From positions 1-64,000 of the IMG/VR virus record IMGVR_UViG_3300032334_002567: 64,000 nucleotides of DNA; one strand, 5' to 3'. The notes below the pieces were generated by a model. The model saw only the letters and a list, made by a program, of their open reading frames with translations, did no database searches and was not told the origin of the DNA. A program made the position numbers and the translations under genes. Of this stretch, positions 9,993 to 20,325 are shown piece after piece. Within the stretch, counting starts at the first letter, position 1, and each line of letters opens with the position of its first letter.

Positions 9993-10769
9993 TTAGGTTA
10001 AACTATAAAAAGGACAAATAGGTCTGTATTCACAACGACGACATTGATCTCCCACCCGACCATAAACATCATTAGGGTGAGTAGAAATTATGTCCTTATA
10101 AGTTTCATGTAGCTCTGTCTGTGCCGAAGTTAAAGACTCTTCAGTAAACTTGGTGGCGACTAAATCAGCTCCATCTAAGTAGAAAAGGGCCGCTTTGATA
10201 TTTTCTGCCTTGGCACCAAATTCAAGTTGCACAACACGAGCATAACACCTCAACTGAATATCTTTTCTTATTGTATTTGAGTTCTTTCTCCAGCGACCTT
10301 TTTTAGTTGTTTTATAGTCTATAATAAAGAACTTATCGCCACGAATTATCAAACGATCCATGACGCCAGTTAAAAAATGATTATTTGGCGGGTCTAAATC
10401 AAAGTGAAAAAGATATTCAACTTTGCCATCAAACCCTATTCGATCATTGAAGTTTTTGATATTGTTAAGATGATCTCTAAATCTATTGCGATATTCTTTT
10501 TCTATTACAGGAGGCGGCTTGCCCTGTTCTACTTCGATTTTCCCAGACAAACAATCGTTAGCAATATCCTGAATTTTTGTTTGACCCTGATTTAAAACAT
10601 AAACTTCTGCAATTTTGTGCACAAGTTTTCCATAAACAAAATAAGGTTGAACAGGTTCATCGGATATTACTTTTAAGTGATATTTAAACCTATATTTTGC
10701 TTGACAATCTCGCCATATTTGCTGACGGGATACAGATATATGTTCACATAATAAATTATCATCTGACAT
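9993..10769 (-). CDS. PD-(D/E)XK RecB/Cas4-like exonuclease with putative Fe-S cysteines
   Basis: ISVS...DCQAKY, GKLVH, GVMDRL...IIDYKT, QLRCY, C-terminal CRRCEYRPIC. Confidence 0.88.
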   Translation of the reverse strand: MSDDNLLCEHISVSRQQIWRDCQAKYRFKYHLKVISDEPVQPYFVYGKLVHKIAEVYVLNQGQTKIQDIANDCLSGKIEVEQGKPPPVIEKEYRNRFRDHLNNIKNFNDRIGFDGKVEYLFHFDLDPPNNHFLTGVMDRLIIRGDKFFIIDYKTTKKGRWRKNSNTIRKDIQLRCYARVVQLEFGAKAENIKAALFYLDGADLVATKFTEESLTSAQTELHETYKDIISTHPNDVYGRVGDQCRRCEYRPICPFYSLT

Positions 10770-10803
10770 AAAAAACTTGCCTCAGTTGAATTTATTGAGT
10801 ATA

Positions 10804-10832
10804 TTGCAGCTGTTATTTTACGAGAATATAAT
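10804..10832 (+). promoter_or_regulatory. Sigma70-like promoter for primase
   Basis: TTGCAG-17 nt-TATAAT. Confidence 0.55.
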
Positions 10833-10851
10833 TTTCGTTCAAGAGAGAATC

Positions 10852-11910
10852 ATGTCAGTAAACTTTGATAAATTTGAAAGCTGGGCCCGTTTAAAATTCG
10901 GAGAAGATAATGTTGTAGTAAAAGGAAAAGAAATAAGAATCAATTCTATATTTGAGCCGGATGATACTGGTCATCATTTGTGGTGCAATCCAGAAGGTGG
11001 CAAAAAAAAGCACAAATATGGAGTTTTTCATTGCTTTAAAACCGATAATAAAGGGAGCCTTTTAAAGCTTGTTCAAATAGTTGAAAACTGTGATCGTGAA
11101 AGTGCTCTAGATCGAATAAAGGGTAGGACCCCTATCAGAGATCTAGAAAAAAAGCTTGAAGAGATATTTATTCAAGAAGAAGTAGAAATAAAAGAAGTAA
11201 AATCAGATCTTTCACTGCCTCCACAATGCTATTTAATTTCAGAATTAGGAACAAATAATTGGTGGAGAGAAAAAGCAGAAAATTATCTTCTTTCAAGAAA
11301 AATACCAATAGACGGTTTGTACATATGCACCGGGGATAGATATAAAGGAAGAATAGTTATTCCCTACTACGATAAACAAGAAAAATTAATTTATTTCAAC
11401 GGAAGAGCACTTGGAAGTTCTAAATGCAAGTATTTGGGTCCACCAAAAGAAGTTGGAGTTGGCAAAGAAGACGTAGTCTTTATGGCTGGTCGGTGGCCAA
11501 ACTCAGGAGAAACTGTTTATATCTGTGAAGGTGAATTTAATGCTTTGAGCCTTAAAATTGCTGAATTAAATGCTGCGGCTTGTGGTGGAAAAAACATGGG
11601 AGAAAAGCAAGCCATCCTATTGTCTGAGTATAAAGTTGTTTTATGCTTAGACAGAGACAAGGCTGGTAGAGCGGGTACTTTGAAAATGAGCTCTATCATG
11701 ACCTCTATGGAAACAGCAAAAAGCGGTAGTGGAAACAAGCTAATGTTTGTGTTCCCTCCTAAAGACTACAACGACTGGAATGAGTTTTTAGTGAGAAACA
11801 ATCCAGAGTTACTACACCATTATATAATCAAAAATCAAAAAAGCATCGATTACTCTGGGCCGAATGGAACAGCGTGTGACTTTTTTGGCTTTAGCGATAT
11901 ATGGAAGTAA
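10852..11910 (+). CDS. DnaG-type (Toprim) DNA primase
   Basis: RIVIPYY, YFNGR, KYLGP, ICEGEFNA, CLDRDKAG, DWNE; N-terminal Zn finger degenerate. Confidence 0.88.
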   Translation: MSVNFDKFESWARLKFGEDNVVVKGKEIRINSIFEPDDTGHHLWCNPEGGKKKHKYGVFHCFKTDNKGSLLKLVQIVENCDRESALDRIKGRTPIRDLEKKLEEIFIQEEVEIKEVKSDLSLPPQCYLISELGTNNWWREKAENYLLSRKIPIDGLYICTGDRYKGRIVIPYYDKQEKLIYFNGRALGSSKCKYLGPPKEVGVGKEDVVFMAGRWPNSGETVYICEGEFNALSLKIAELNAAACGGKNMGEKQAILLSEYKVVLCLDRDKAGRAGTLKMSSIMTSMETAKSGSGNKLMFVFPPKDYNDWNEFLVRNNPELLHHYIIKNQKSIDYSGPNGTACDFFGFSDIWK

Positions 11911-11912
11911 AA

Positions 11913-12320
11913 ATGAAAACACTAACAGTAAAAAAACTTCAAGGCTTTGTTGGACATGTATGCACAATACTTACAAACTCTGTTTGTAAGAGAGATTTTA
12001 CAGACACTCAATTCCCCGATTTTTTCTTGGGAATAGTAGAAAGCGTAGATGAAGACGGAGTTTTTTCAACACATCCTATTACTGGGTGCAAGAACTTCTA
12101 CTCTTGGCCCCATATTGTTGGGATATTTCAAGAACAGGTAATAGAAGAAACAAATCCAGAATATAAACAAATAGTAGAGGAAGCTAAAAAAGTACCTCAA
12201 CAACAGCAACCGAATATATTTCCCCTAGAAATAGATCCAAAGAAACAAAGTCCTTTTGTTAATCCAGATATGATGGCGGAACTCGCTAAACAAGCAAAAG
12301 AAATTCAAAGGAAAAATTAA
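11913..12320 (+). CDS. Hypothetical protein (possible Sm/SH3-like N-domain)
   Basis: ORF coupled to primase. Confidence 0.55.
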   Translation: MKTLTVKKLQGFVGHVCTILTNSVCKRDFTDTQFPDFFLGIVESVDEDGVFSTHPITGCKNFYSWPHIVGIFQEQVIEETNPEYKQIVEEAKKVPQQQQPNIFPLEIDPKKQSPFVNPDMMAELAKQAKEIQRKN

Positions 12321-15106
12321 CGAAGTTTTTCTTTAAAGTACTTGACTCTTTCGCTTATAGGAAGATCTTTAATATTTTCCCATTCCGTTGCCGGTTCTAT
12401 ATCTCCCGTTGGTTGCTCTGTTGATTGGCCCGTTCTTCTAAACCTTGAAAGAGGAGAAGAAGCTGTATTGGATGGTCTACTCACTGCTCTGGGAAGCGGT
12501 CTTGCTGTTGGAGTCAGCCTAGGGCGTACTCCAGCACGTTCCGCAGGTGGTACAGGAGAAGCTATTGCTGCTGAGGTTCCCTGTACGGTTGCGGGTGCCG
12601 TTGTTGCTGCTGCTTGTGGGGGGGTCGCCGCAAGTCTTTTTAGCTCTTTGTAATCGTCTCTCTCTTTAATATATTTTAATATACTTTGGGCGTCAACATT
12701 TTCGTCTTTCCACGACCTTAATTGAGCATTTATTTCTCTTTCTTTATCTCTCTTAGTAAGCAGTCCGGCAGGTCTTCGTCGTCTTGGATATCTATCTACC
12801 TGAGCTTGCCAAATAGCCCACAGCATTTGTTTTGCTAAATCATAGAATTCATCATTTGCCGCCTCTGCTCTTTGCACGGCTCCCATCAAATTGGTTTGAC
12901 CTCCTGCTTTGGCAGCTAGTTCTTTTAGATAATCTTCAAGTTTTTTATTTTGTTCTTCAGCAGAAAGTTGCGAATCATTTTCTGGATCGGGGCTGCCTTC
13001 AATATCTGTATCTTGGATTTCTCTCTCCGCTGCCTCAATCTCTTTTTCTTTTTCTTCTAGCTCACTAAAAATATCTTGAAAGTTTTTTGCGGTATGCGAC
13101 TGTCCTACTCCTACCCTCGCTGTTCTACCGCTACTTCTTGTGTAGCCAGTTGCAGATGGATCTGATGCTCTGCCTTCTGCGTCTTGTGAGATTGGTACAG
13201 TTGAAGTTGTGTAACCTTGTCGCCTAGTACCTTCTCCCCCCTCTCCCCAAGAAGTTCTAGGAATATTTTGAATAATGTCGGTAGTTCGATCTTTAGCCCA
13301 ATAAACCAAATTATTGTAGCCTGGTTCACCCGGTTCCATTCCTTGTTGACCCCACTTTTTAACTGAGCCAAGGTTGCTCAATAATTGCGTAAAAATAAAA
13401 TTGTGGACATCCAGTAATCTAGATTTTAGTAAATTTCTTAAACGAGCAGGAGCACCACCAGCACATTGTGAGCTGTTCAAACAATATAAAATTCCATAAT
13501 AAAGAGCTGGAATAACTTCGACCGTTCTTCCTGCATAGGATATGTTTTTTTTAGGAAGGTACATTTCCATTATTTTTTGACCACGATCTGTTAGATGATT
13601 TATAAAACTTTGACCTCTAGCATTTTTGTTCAGCGTTGGTGCGAAAGTTCTTATTCCTTCAGTCCCATGAAGCTTGTCATTGGGGTCAGTTGGCATCATA
13701 ACTGGTATTTCTGGTCTTTTTTGTGCACCCCATATTTGTTTTGATTTTTTAAGAGCATCTGCATATTTGGGGTTCGCAACTTTGTTACCTTCTTTGTCTA
13801 TTATCTCTTTTTTTATTGTCTTTAAGTAAGTGGATGGTTTCAATAAAAGCTTGTCATTTTCGTCAAATGGAAGATAAACAATTGGTTTAACTACCTCTCC
13901 GTTTACAATTTTGTACTTTCTTTCTTCTATATCAACTCCATCAACAGGTGGAGCATATAAACCTTCTTCTTCTATCTTACTTTTAAGAACGTTCTCTGCT
14001 GCTTTTTTTGCTTCTTTTTCTTGTTGTTTCGTCAGTTCCGGCACTTTTATTTTGTTTTTATCGCCACTAGCAATAGCAGCACGTTGTAGTTCCTCGTACA
14101 TAGTTTTTTTGATAATTTTCTCTTGTTTTTTTGCCTCTATTTCAAGCAGCCAATCATAAGTTGGATCTTCTAAATATGTGGGTATGCTATTCGAATTGGT
14201 TGAAAGTGTGATTGGTTTCCATGACGCTGAGTGCTCGTCAGGATGTGAGCCAAAATGACCATGTGAACTGTGCTGAAGGTATTTCCTTATGTCGCCAACC
14301 CATTGGCCTGCTCCGACCCAATTTGTTCCTCTTGCCAATTTTCTTGTTTCTCCTCCGGAAATCTGCTCTTTAGGATGAGACAAATCGTATCCATACCTTC
14401 CCACACCAGTATTTTCTGATTCTTCTGTATGGGGTTCACCTTCTGTTCTTTCTAAACGATGATACATTCTATTCAAAAATGGTTTAGCCTTTACTTTGGT
14501 AGTATTAGTATCACTAGTTCTTCCACGTTTACCTGGATGACGAAGAGAAAACTGAACCTCTTCATCTAAGCCTAAAGATTTTAGATTTTCTGTTTGTGGC
14601 TTTATGTATTCAAAAGCTTCATCTTCAGCTATGTGCCTTATTATTTTTAGTTTTTTTCTTTCTATATCACGCTCTCTATCGTTGGTGGCACGTTCACGAT
14701 CAGCAGCATCGGGGCTATCAGGAACTGGGATTGTGGAGCTAATATTTCTGAACTGGCTCTTGGAGTTCATGTCCACAGGTATAGGCCCATGATCAGACTT
14801 TAATCTTTCAATTAATTTTTCAGGTAAATCAGAAGGCGATCCAGTCCTTAAAAAGTTTTCTATTTTTTCTACTAGCCTACCTTCTTGTATCTTACTTTTC
14901 CTAATATCATGAAGTTTTTTTAATGCATCATGAAATAGATCCCATCTCTGGGCGATTGCAGCAGGCCAGAACTGGTGATCAAATTGATTTAGAAAATCTA
15001 AATCATCTTCATCAAAATTAAGTGTGTTCTTTGAAACGTCACCATGATATTCGCCTCTACCCATTTGTGCCATCTCAAGATAAATTTTGTAAGAAATTAA
15101 AGCCAT
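12317..15106 (-). CDS. Large (929 aa) hypothetical protein, probable internal head protein
   Basis: Long ORF, MALISYKIYLE N-terminus, low-complexity C-tail. Confidence 0.65.
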   Translation of the reverse strand: MALISYKIYLEMAQMGRGEYHGDVSKNTLNFDEDDLDFLNQFDHQFWPAAIAQRWDLFHDALKKLHDIRKSKIQEGRLVEKIENFLRTGSPSDLPEKLIERLKSDHGPIPVDMNSKSQFRNISSTIPVPDSPDAADRERATNDRERDIERKKLKIIRHIAEDEAFEYIKPQTENLKSLGLDEEVQFSLRHPGKRGRTSDTNTTKVKAKPFLNRMYHRLERTEGEPHTEESENTGVGRYGYDLSHPKEQISGGETRKLARGTNWVGAGQWVGDIRKYLQHSSHGHFGSHPDEHSASWKPITLSTNSNSIPTYLEDPTYDWLLEIEAKKQEKIIKKTMYEELQRAAIASGDKNKIKVPELTKQQEKEAKKAAENVLKSKIEEEGLYAPPVDGVDIEERKYKIVNGEVVKPIVYLPFDENDKLLLKPSTYLKTIKKEIIDKEGNKVANPKYADALKKSKQIWGAQKRPEIPVMMPTDPNDKLHGTEGIRTFAPTLNKNARGQSFINHLTDRGQKIMEMYLPKKNISYAGRTVEVIPALYYGILYCLNSSQCAGGAPARLRNLLKSRLLDVHNFIFTQLLSNLGSVKKWGQQGMEPGEPGYNNLVYWAKDRTTDIIQNIPRTSWGEGGEGTRRQGYTTSTVPISQDAEGRASDPSATGYTRSSGRTARVGVGQSHTAKNFQDIFSELEEKEKEIEAAEREIQDTDIEGSPDPENDSQLSAEEQNKKLEDYLKELAAKAGGQTNLMGAVQRAEAANDEFYDLAKQMLWAIWQAQVDRYPRRRRPAGLLTKRDKEREINAQLRSWKDENVDAQSILKYIKERDDYKELKRLAATPPQAAATTAPATVQGTSAAIASPVPPAERAGVRPRLTPTARPLPRAVSRPSNTASSPLSRFRRTGQSTEQPTGDIEPATEWENIKDLPISERVKYFKEKLR

Positions 15107-15140
15107 AATGTTTTCCTTGTTTGAATTACCTATATATAGT

Positions 15141-16013
15141 ATGAATCAGAATATACTTTATGTACCGAGACCAACAAAAGATGAATATGCACAATTATCA
15201 TGTGCTCAAAATTGTGGTAGTTTAGGGCCAACTGACCCTCTGGAGAGAATAGGACCGAGAAGAAAAAGGCAAAAAGTAAGGGAACAAATAAAGGATTATG
15301 TTCTTACCATGCTAGGAGCACCAGTTTTACCACTAGAATTAGACGATCAACAGGTAGAGAACGCAATAGACTTTGCTTTACAGGTTTTTGAAGATTATGC
15401 TCCAATGGAATATTTCCAATATTACACTTTTTACACAACTCCAGGTCAAAGTGTATACAACCTTCCAGCAGACGTAGGGTTTGTAAGAGATATATCATAT
15501 AAGGAAACTGCTAATTACGCATTTTCTGCCTCTGATTTAGGAGGTGTTATACCTTTAGAATATATGGGTGCCGGTGCTTATGGCTCAGTAGCAGGTGGTA
15601 TTAATCCACAACAACCAGTTTGGGGCAAAATGTCTGACTGGGTTATGTATAAGCAGTACGAAGATATGTACAACAGAATATCTGGGCAACAAGGTGGCTG
15701 GGAGTGGTTAGCGGGCTACAACACAATTAAATTGTATCCAGTACCATATAGAACATACCCTGTGGCTGTAAGATACTTACAAAGAAGACCTGATTTTGGG
15801 ATGGTCACACAGGCTATGCAAGAAGGAGCATTGGCTTTCGCAAAAATAATACTAGGTAGAATTAGAAGTAGGATACAAAATCCTCCGGGTCCAAATGGAG
15901 GAATTCAATTAGACGGCCAGCAAATACTACAAGAAGGCCTTGATGAAAAGAAACAGTGGCAAGAAGATTTAATTACTAGATACGGTGATATACTTGGCCC
16001 AAGAATGATGTAA
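15141..16013 (+). CDS. Neck/head-completion protein, T4 gp13-like
   Basis: IKDYVLTMLGAPVLPLELDDQQVENAIDFALQVF and C-terminal PNGGIQLDGQQILQEG. Confidence 0.88.
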   Translation: MNQNILYVPRPTKDEYAQLSCAQNCGSLGPTDPLERIGPRRKRQKVREQIKDYVLTMLGAPVLPLELDDQQVENAIDFALQVFEDYAPMEYFQYYTFYTTPGQSVYNLPADVGFVRDISYKETANYAFSASDLGGVIPLEYMGAGAYGSVAGGINPQQPVWGKMSDWVMYKQYEDMYNRISGQQGGWEWLAGYNTIKLYPVPYRTYPVAVRYLQRRPDFGMVTQAMQEGALAFAKIILGRIRSRIQNPPGPNGGIQLDGQQILQEGLDEKKQWQEDLITRYGDILGPRMM

Positions 16014-16070
16014 TTTAAAACTGTGTTTCGAGACATAAATAAAAAGGCCTACTAAAACGGAAATCTAAAC

Positions 16071-16535
16071 ATGAAAAGCTTTGAAGAGTGGAAACAAATA
16101 AACGAATCTGTTGAAGTATCTAGATACTCTGTAGAGGTCAACTTCAGAACTAACTTGGAAGAAGCTCTAGAAGGTTTCGCCAAAATTACTTTAGGCTACG
16201 TGAGTGCCGCTTTAAAGAAGCATGGATATCATACAAAGCATGTTTTCACAGAAAAGCCCCTAAGGTTATTAGTTTCTTCTAGAAACTGGGATGATGGAGA
16301 ATGGGTTGGTGCTGTTACTTATAACCCACAGTCACATTGCTTTTATCTAAGCAAAGGCTTCTACAACAAAAATCGTAGAAGCATATCAATAGAAAATTCT
16401 CAAAAGTGCGAAGGTAAATCAGCGGCAGAAATAACCAAAGAATTACATAACATGATGCATTCTTTAAAAGACGAACCAAACAAGCATGTAGAAAAATTAA
16501 AACCTGTACCACTAAAAAGAGGTCCCAAAAAATAA
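16071..16535 (+). CDS. Hypothetical protein with capsid-targeting-like N-terminus
   Basis: MKSFEEWKQINES; CATAAATA upstream. Confidence 0.65.
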   Translation: MKSFEEWKQINESVEVSRYSVEVNFRTNLEEALEGFAKITLGYVSAALKKHGYHTKHVFTEKPLRLLVSSRNWDDGEWVGAVTYNPQSHCFYLSKGFYNKNRRSISIENSQKCEGKSAAEITKELHNMMHSLKDEPNKHVEKLKPVPLKRGPKK

Positions 16536-16536
16536 A

Positions 16537-16764
16537 TTATTTTTGGTTCCATTCTTCATAGTTTCTAGCTTTTCTATTTTCGTAACCAAGTTTGTGTCCA
16601 TCGAAAAAAGCTTGTTTTACAAAACCTAAAAAAGCTTTATCGATACATTCTCCTCTTAGACTAAATTCTCCGTATGGTTCACCCATCCATTCTTTGAATG
16701 CTTCTTCTATTTTTTCGTAGTCTTCATTTAAGTCCAAATTTTTTTCTCCTTTTTTTCTTGCCAT
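16537..16764 (-). CDS. Hypothetical protein
   Basis: 75-aa ORF filling the gap between genes. Confidence 0.5.
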   Translation of the reverse strand: MARKKGEKNLDLNEDYEKIEEAFKEWMGEPYGEFSLRGECIDKAFLGFVKQAFFDGHKLGYENRKARNYEEWNQK

Positions 16765-17339
16765 CTAACATTATACAAAATATGGTCTGTCCAGTTGATC
16801 TCTCCACCCTTTTTTTCTATATTAACTAATAAGTCGAAATCTTCATATTGCCCATTATCAAACTTTATATCATTATTTTTTAAGAAATTAATATTCACAG
16901 CAAAGCTTATTCCTACATAAGATGACTTTACTTTTTTTTCAATTGGTAGCACAAAAGAGTTATCTTTGTTGTAAGTCATTCTAAACATATGAACTACTGA
17001 TTTAGAGCTACGTATTTCTTCATATAAAGTTTTAATATATGCATCTTTGAATGTATCATCATCGTCTAAAAAGCAAACCCAGTCTGTTTTTGCCATCTCA
17101 ATAAGATTATTACGAACTTTGCCAGCTTGTCCATGTTGTCCGTCAATTCCCAATTTATCTGGAAAGAAGATATATTCTATTCTTGGATCTTTTGGTAAAG
17201 GAAATTGTATTTTTTCAATAGAGTTAATTCCATCAAAACCAACCAAACATTTCCAATAAAGGTTTGACTGATTAATTAAAGATTTAAGACTATGGAGTAA
17301 TGTAGAGCGACCAATACTTGGAATTATTACTGTTACCAT
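16728..17339 (-). CDS. Glycosyltransferase family 2
   Basis: VTVIIPSIGR, LVGFDG, RNNLI, WVCFLDDDD, EDFD. Confidence 0.85.
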   Translation of the reverse strand: MVTVIIPSIGRSTLLHSLKSLINQSNLYWKCLVGFDGINSIEKIQFPLPKDPRIEYIFFPDKLGIDGQHGQAGKVRNNLIEMAKTDWVCFLDDDDTFKDAYIKTLYEEIRSSKSVVHMFRMTYNKDNSFVLPIEKKVKSSYVGISFAVNINFLKNNDIKFDNGQYEDFDLLVNIEKKGGEINWTDHILYNVRWQEKKEKKIWT

Positions 17340-17388
17340 TTGATTTATCCAGTTATGCCAAATATAATATAGATAGGTGAAATAAAAA

Positions 17389-18129
17389 ATGACAAAATCA
17401 ATAGTTTTAATGGGTGGAACTGGGAGTCGAATGGCCCCGGCCACCAGCTTTGTTAACAAGCACCTACTGCCCGTCTACTCTGGGCAAGGTGCCGTTCCGA
17501 TGCTTTACTATCCGATTGACACCCTAATCAAAACTGGGTCAAAAGAGATATTAGTTATTTCTTCCCGTGAGCACTGCGGCAGGATAATTGAGCACCTAGG
17601 GGATGGCTCACAGTGGGGAGCAGACTTTACCTATAAGATACAGGACACAACCAGAGTCCCTATGGGTATAGCTAGTGCCTTAAAATTGGCAGAAGATTTT
17701 ACCCGTGACGAACCATTCTTAGTAATTTTGGGAGACAACTTCTTTGAAGACTCATTTGCGAATGAATTAGAAAAAATATCTAAATCAAAAGTTAAAGCTG
17801 GCATATTCTTGAAAGAAGTAGAAGATCCAAAAAGATTTGGAGTATACGCAGATGGGGAAATACAAGAGAAGCCTAAGCGGCCAAAAAGTAATTTGGCAGT
17901 AACGGGCCTTTATTGGTACACGCCGCACGTATACGAAGTAGCTAACAAACTACAAGTTTCTGCTAGAGGAGAGCTAGAAATATCAGATATAAACCAACAT
18001 TACTGTAGGAACAAAGAAGTGAGTGTCGATTATATAAAAGGCTTTTGGAGCGATATGGGCACCCCTTTTAGCCTACAAAAAACACAAGAATTCATTCAAA
18101 AAAAGAATTACAGATTAAAACCTATTTAG
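17389..18129 (+). CDS. rmlA: Glucose-1-phosphate thymidylyltransferase (short RmlA type)
   Basis: GGTGSRMAPAT, NKHLLPVY, LGDN, EKP, AVTGLY, SARGELEISD, WSDMGT. Confidence 0.9.
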   Translation: MTKSIVLMGGTGSRMAPATSFVNKHLLPVYSGQGAVPMLYYPIDTLIKTGSKEILVISSREHCGRIIEHLGDGSQWGADFTYKIQDTTRVPMGIASALKLAEDFTRDEPFLVILGDNFFEDSFANELEKISKSKVKAGIFLKEVEDPKRFGVYADGEIQEKPKRPKSNLAVTGLYWYTPHVYEVANKLQVSARGELEISDINQHYCRNKEVSVDYIKGFWSDMGTPFSLQKTQEFIQKKNYRLKPI

Positions 18130-19342
18130 GCTCATTGAAGTTCTCTTCGGCTTTTTGAACCGCATACCAGTCTCTCTGATATGAACCGTCAAGAAGCCCG
18201 TCGCCTCCAGCTAAATAGCTACGAACTATTCTCGGGTCAGTGGCACCAAGTTTAGCTGCCAAGTCTACGGCTGGCTTAATCCAGTCATGGTTTCCACCCT
18301 TCTCCAAAATTTCTTTTTCCAAAATTTGGTAAAGGATATCTTGTGTAGGACGAGGATAGTAAATTTGCGTTACACAACGGCTTGACAAGGCACCGGCTTC
18401 TGAGCCATCTGATCCCATCATTTTGTCAAACAAAACCTTATTGTTAACAGTACAAATAAACAATATTTTCAAAGACCTAAGCTGGTTAACTCTAAAGTTA
18501 ACCTTTCTAATTTCACCACGATCATCTAAGGCTCCCAACCAAATTTTTAAAGCCTCTGGCTCTGCTTTCTCAGCTTCTTCCATAAAAACCAATGGAGGGA
18601 TCTCTGAGAGGTCAGAAAAGAAGAGTTTCTCTAAACCAGCCTTTGTTGTACTAGTTGCGTCAAGCTTTAAGACCGCATCCTTGCCGAACATTTGTTCAAG
18701 GCTGAACATGGTTGTGGTTTTCCCACATCCAGCGTGTCCAAAAAGAACAGCATGGTTTCTGCTGTCGCCATTTGTTTCATGTGCCCTTTTTATATTTCGA
18801 AGAATGAGTCGTATCTGGGGGTTCACGCCATAGAGGTGCTTCCAAGCAGGATGATTGCTAATATGATCATCGCTCTTGTCGCCTAAAAGCTCTTGGGGAA
18901 CCTTCAAATCACTCCAAGTTTTAACTTTGCCTAAAGGCTGAACTTCTCTGACGTTGTTAGCCATTTTTTCATTTTGTAAAACTTGTTGCAGAACTTGGTC
19001 GGGGACTTCGCTGCTGCCTTTGCTAGAATCCTCAACTACCACCCAAGGACTTTCACCAAATTTACTTGCAGACCCAGACTGCTGAATCATGGCTCTGATA
19101 TCTTGCCATTGTTTAAATTCAGCTTCGCCACCAACCTGTCCTGCTTCTTTTTTAAGGGTGATCTCGTAACGATAAACCCATTGACCATTTCTTTCAAATG
19201 GCTCTACAGTGGGAGCGTCTGCGGCCCATGTTTTACCACGGGCACCGGCAATCCCACGGGAAATAATATACTCAATTTGAGAAATTATCTTCGAATTACT
19301 TGGTCTTTTAGATAATGTGCGTTCTAAAACCAATTTATACAT
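18122..19342 (-). CDS. AAA+ ATPase with N-terminal extension (RuvB-like lid)
   Basis: GHAGCGKTT, LVFMEEAEK, CTVN, ALSSRC, TDPR. Confidence 0.8.
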   Translation of the reverse strand: MYKLVLERTLSKRPSNSKIISQIEYIISRGIAGARGKTWAADAPTVEPFERNGQWVYRYEITLKKEAGQVGGEAEFKQWQDIRAMIQQSGSASKFGESPWVVVEDSSKGSSEVPDQVLQQVLQNEKMANNVREVQPLGKVKTWSDLKVPQELLGDKSDDHISNHPAWKHLYGVNPQIRLILRNIKRAHETNGDSRNHAVLFGHAGCGKTTTMFSLEQMFGKDAVLKLDATSTTKAGLEKLFFSDLSEIPPLVFMEEAEKAEPEALKIWLGALDDRGEIRKVNFRVNQLRSLKILFICTVNNKVLFDKMMGSDGSEAGALSSRCVTQIYYPRPTQDILYQILEKEILEKGGNHDWIKPAVDLAAKLGATDPRIVRSYLAGGDGLLDGSYQRDWYAVQKAEENFNEPK

Positions 19343-19385
19343 TGTCTTTTGCGTCCTTGTGTATAATTAGCAGGAAACAAAGACA

Positions 19386-19413
19386 AGTATAGCAGAAAAA
19401 TTTGGCTTGTAAA
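19386..19413 (-). promoter_or_regulatory. Early sigma70-like promoter
   Basis: TTTACA-16 nt (ending TGC)-TATACT; same architecture as 51966-51993. Confidence 0.6.
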
Positions 19414-19436
19414 CCAACCCAAATTTTAACTTTAAA

Positions 19437-19922
19437 TTAGCCTAGAATAATTTCAAGACCATCTAAAGGAGATTCATTTAGCAAAACATCAGTTTTTGGA
19501 GATGAATCTGTGGAGTCGTTCATTGGTTGAACGGCAGAATTTCCATCTACAAGAACGTGTTCTACTTTTCCTTGATTTGTCACTGTATCTGGTTGGTCTA
19601 GAATCAACTTCTTTTCATTCATATTGCATTCCTCATTTATGATTGGATCTACATTATTAGTAGGGTTAGTTTTAGGTAGTATCTCTTCTACTAATTTTAA
19701 CAAATTCATTGGTGGTCCAACCCAATTCATGTAGTAACTATCTCCTTGAAATCTCTTTCTTGGAGAAACAGATCTAACCCCGCTGGATGTGGGTTTGGGT
19801 AAAGTCAGATCACCATCTGTGTTATTTTCATATATATAAATTCCGCTTCCGGTCATATTATTCTTGAATTTATCGGCTCGTAACTCTTTTTTTTGTTCTC
19901 TAGTTAATTTTTTTCTTCTCAT
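19437..19922 (-). CDS. Hypothetical protein
   Basis: 161-aa ORF. Confidence 0.6.
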   Translation of the reverse strand: MRRKKLTREQKKELRADKFKNNMTGSGIYIYENNTDGDLTLPKPTSSGVRSVSPRKRFQGDSYYMNWVGPPMNLLKLVEEILPKTNPTNNVDPIINEECNMNEKKLILDQPDTVTNQGKVEHVLVDGNSAVQPMNDSTDSSPKTDVLLNESPLDGLEIILG

Positions 19923-19991
19923 TTTATTTTCTTTTGGGGTTAAAGCGTATAATTATTATAGTACGAAACAAATAAAAGAGAAAGGGTAAAA

Positions 19992-20324
19992 ATGAGCAAG
20001 CAAAAGACTCCACCAAAGTGGATCGACGTATATCCACAAGGAACAAAAGAGGGAGATGAAGAACAAGGTGTTTTTATTTGCTTAGCAAGGAATCTTAAAT
20101 GGACTTATAGATCAGTTGCCCAGATAGCAAAAGAAACAAATCTTACGAAGGAAAGAGTAGAAGAAATACTATCAAAATACTGGAAAAGAAATATGGTCTT
20201 CCAGAATCCTACAAATGAAGACCATTGGGCGTATTGGGAGCGTGTACCTGAGTTATTGCCTAAAGAGCAAAAGTCGGTAACCAGAGAAGATCAAGACCAA
20301 AGAGTAAACAGCTTAAAGCCTTAA
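19992..20324 (+). CDS. Putative winged-HTH DNA-binding protein
   Basis: RSVAQIAKETNLTKERVEEILSKY. Confidence 0.55.
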   Translation: MSKQKTPPKWIDVYPQGTKEGDEEQGVFICLARNLKWTYRSVAQIAKETNLTKERVEEILSKYWKRNMVFQNPTNEDHWAYWERVPELLPKEQKSVTREDQDQRVNSLKP

Positions 20325-20325
20325 C

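Noticed and set aside
9993-10769. Cas4-like nuclease as evidence of CRISPR-Cas
   Set aside because: No array or other cas genes; solo Cas4/RecB-like nucleases are common in phages
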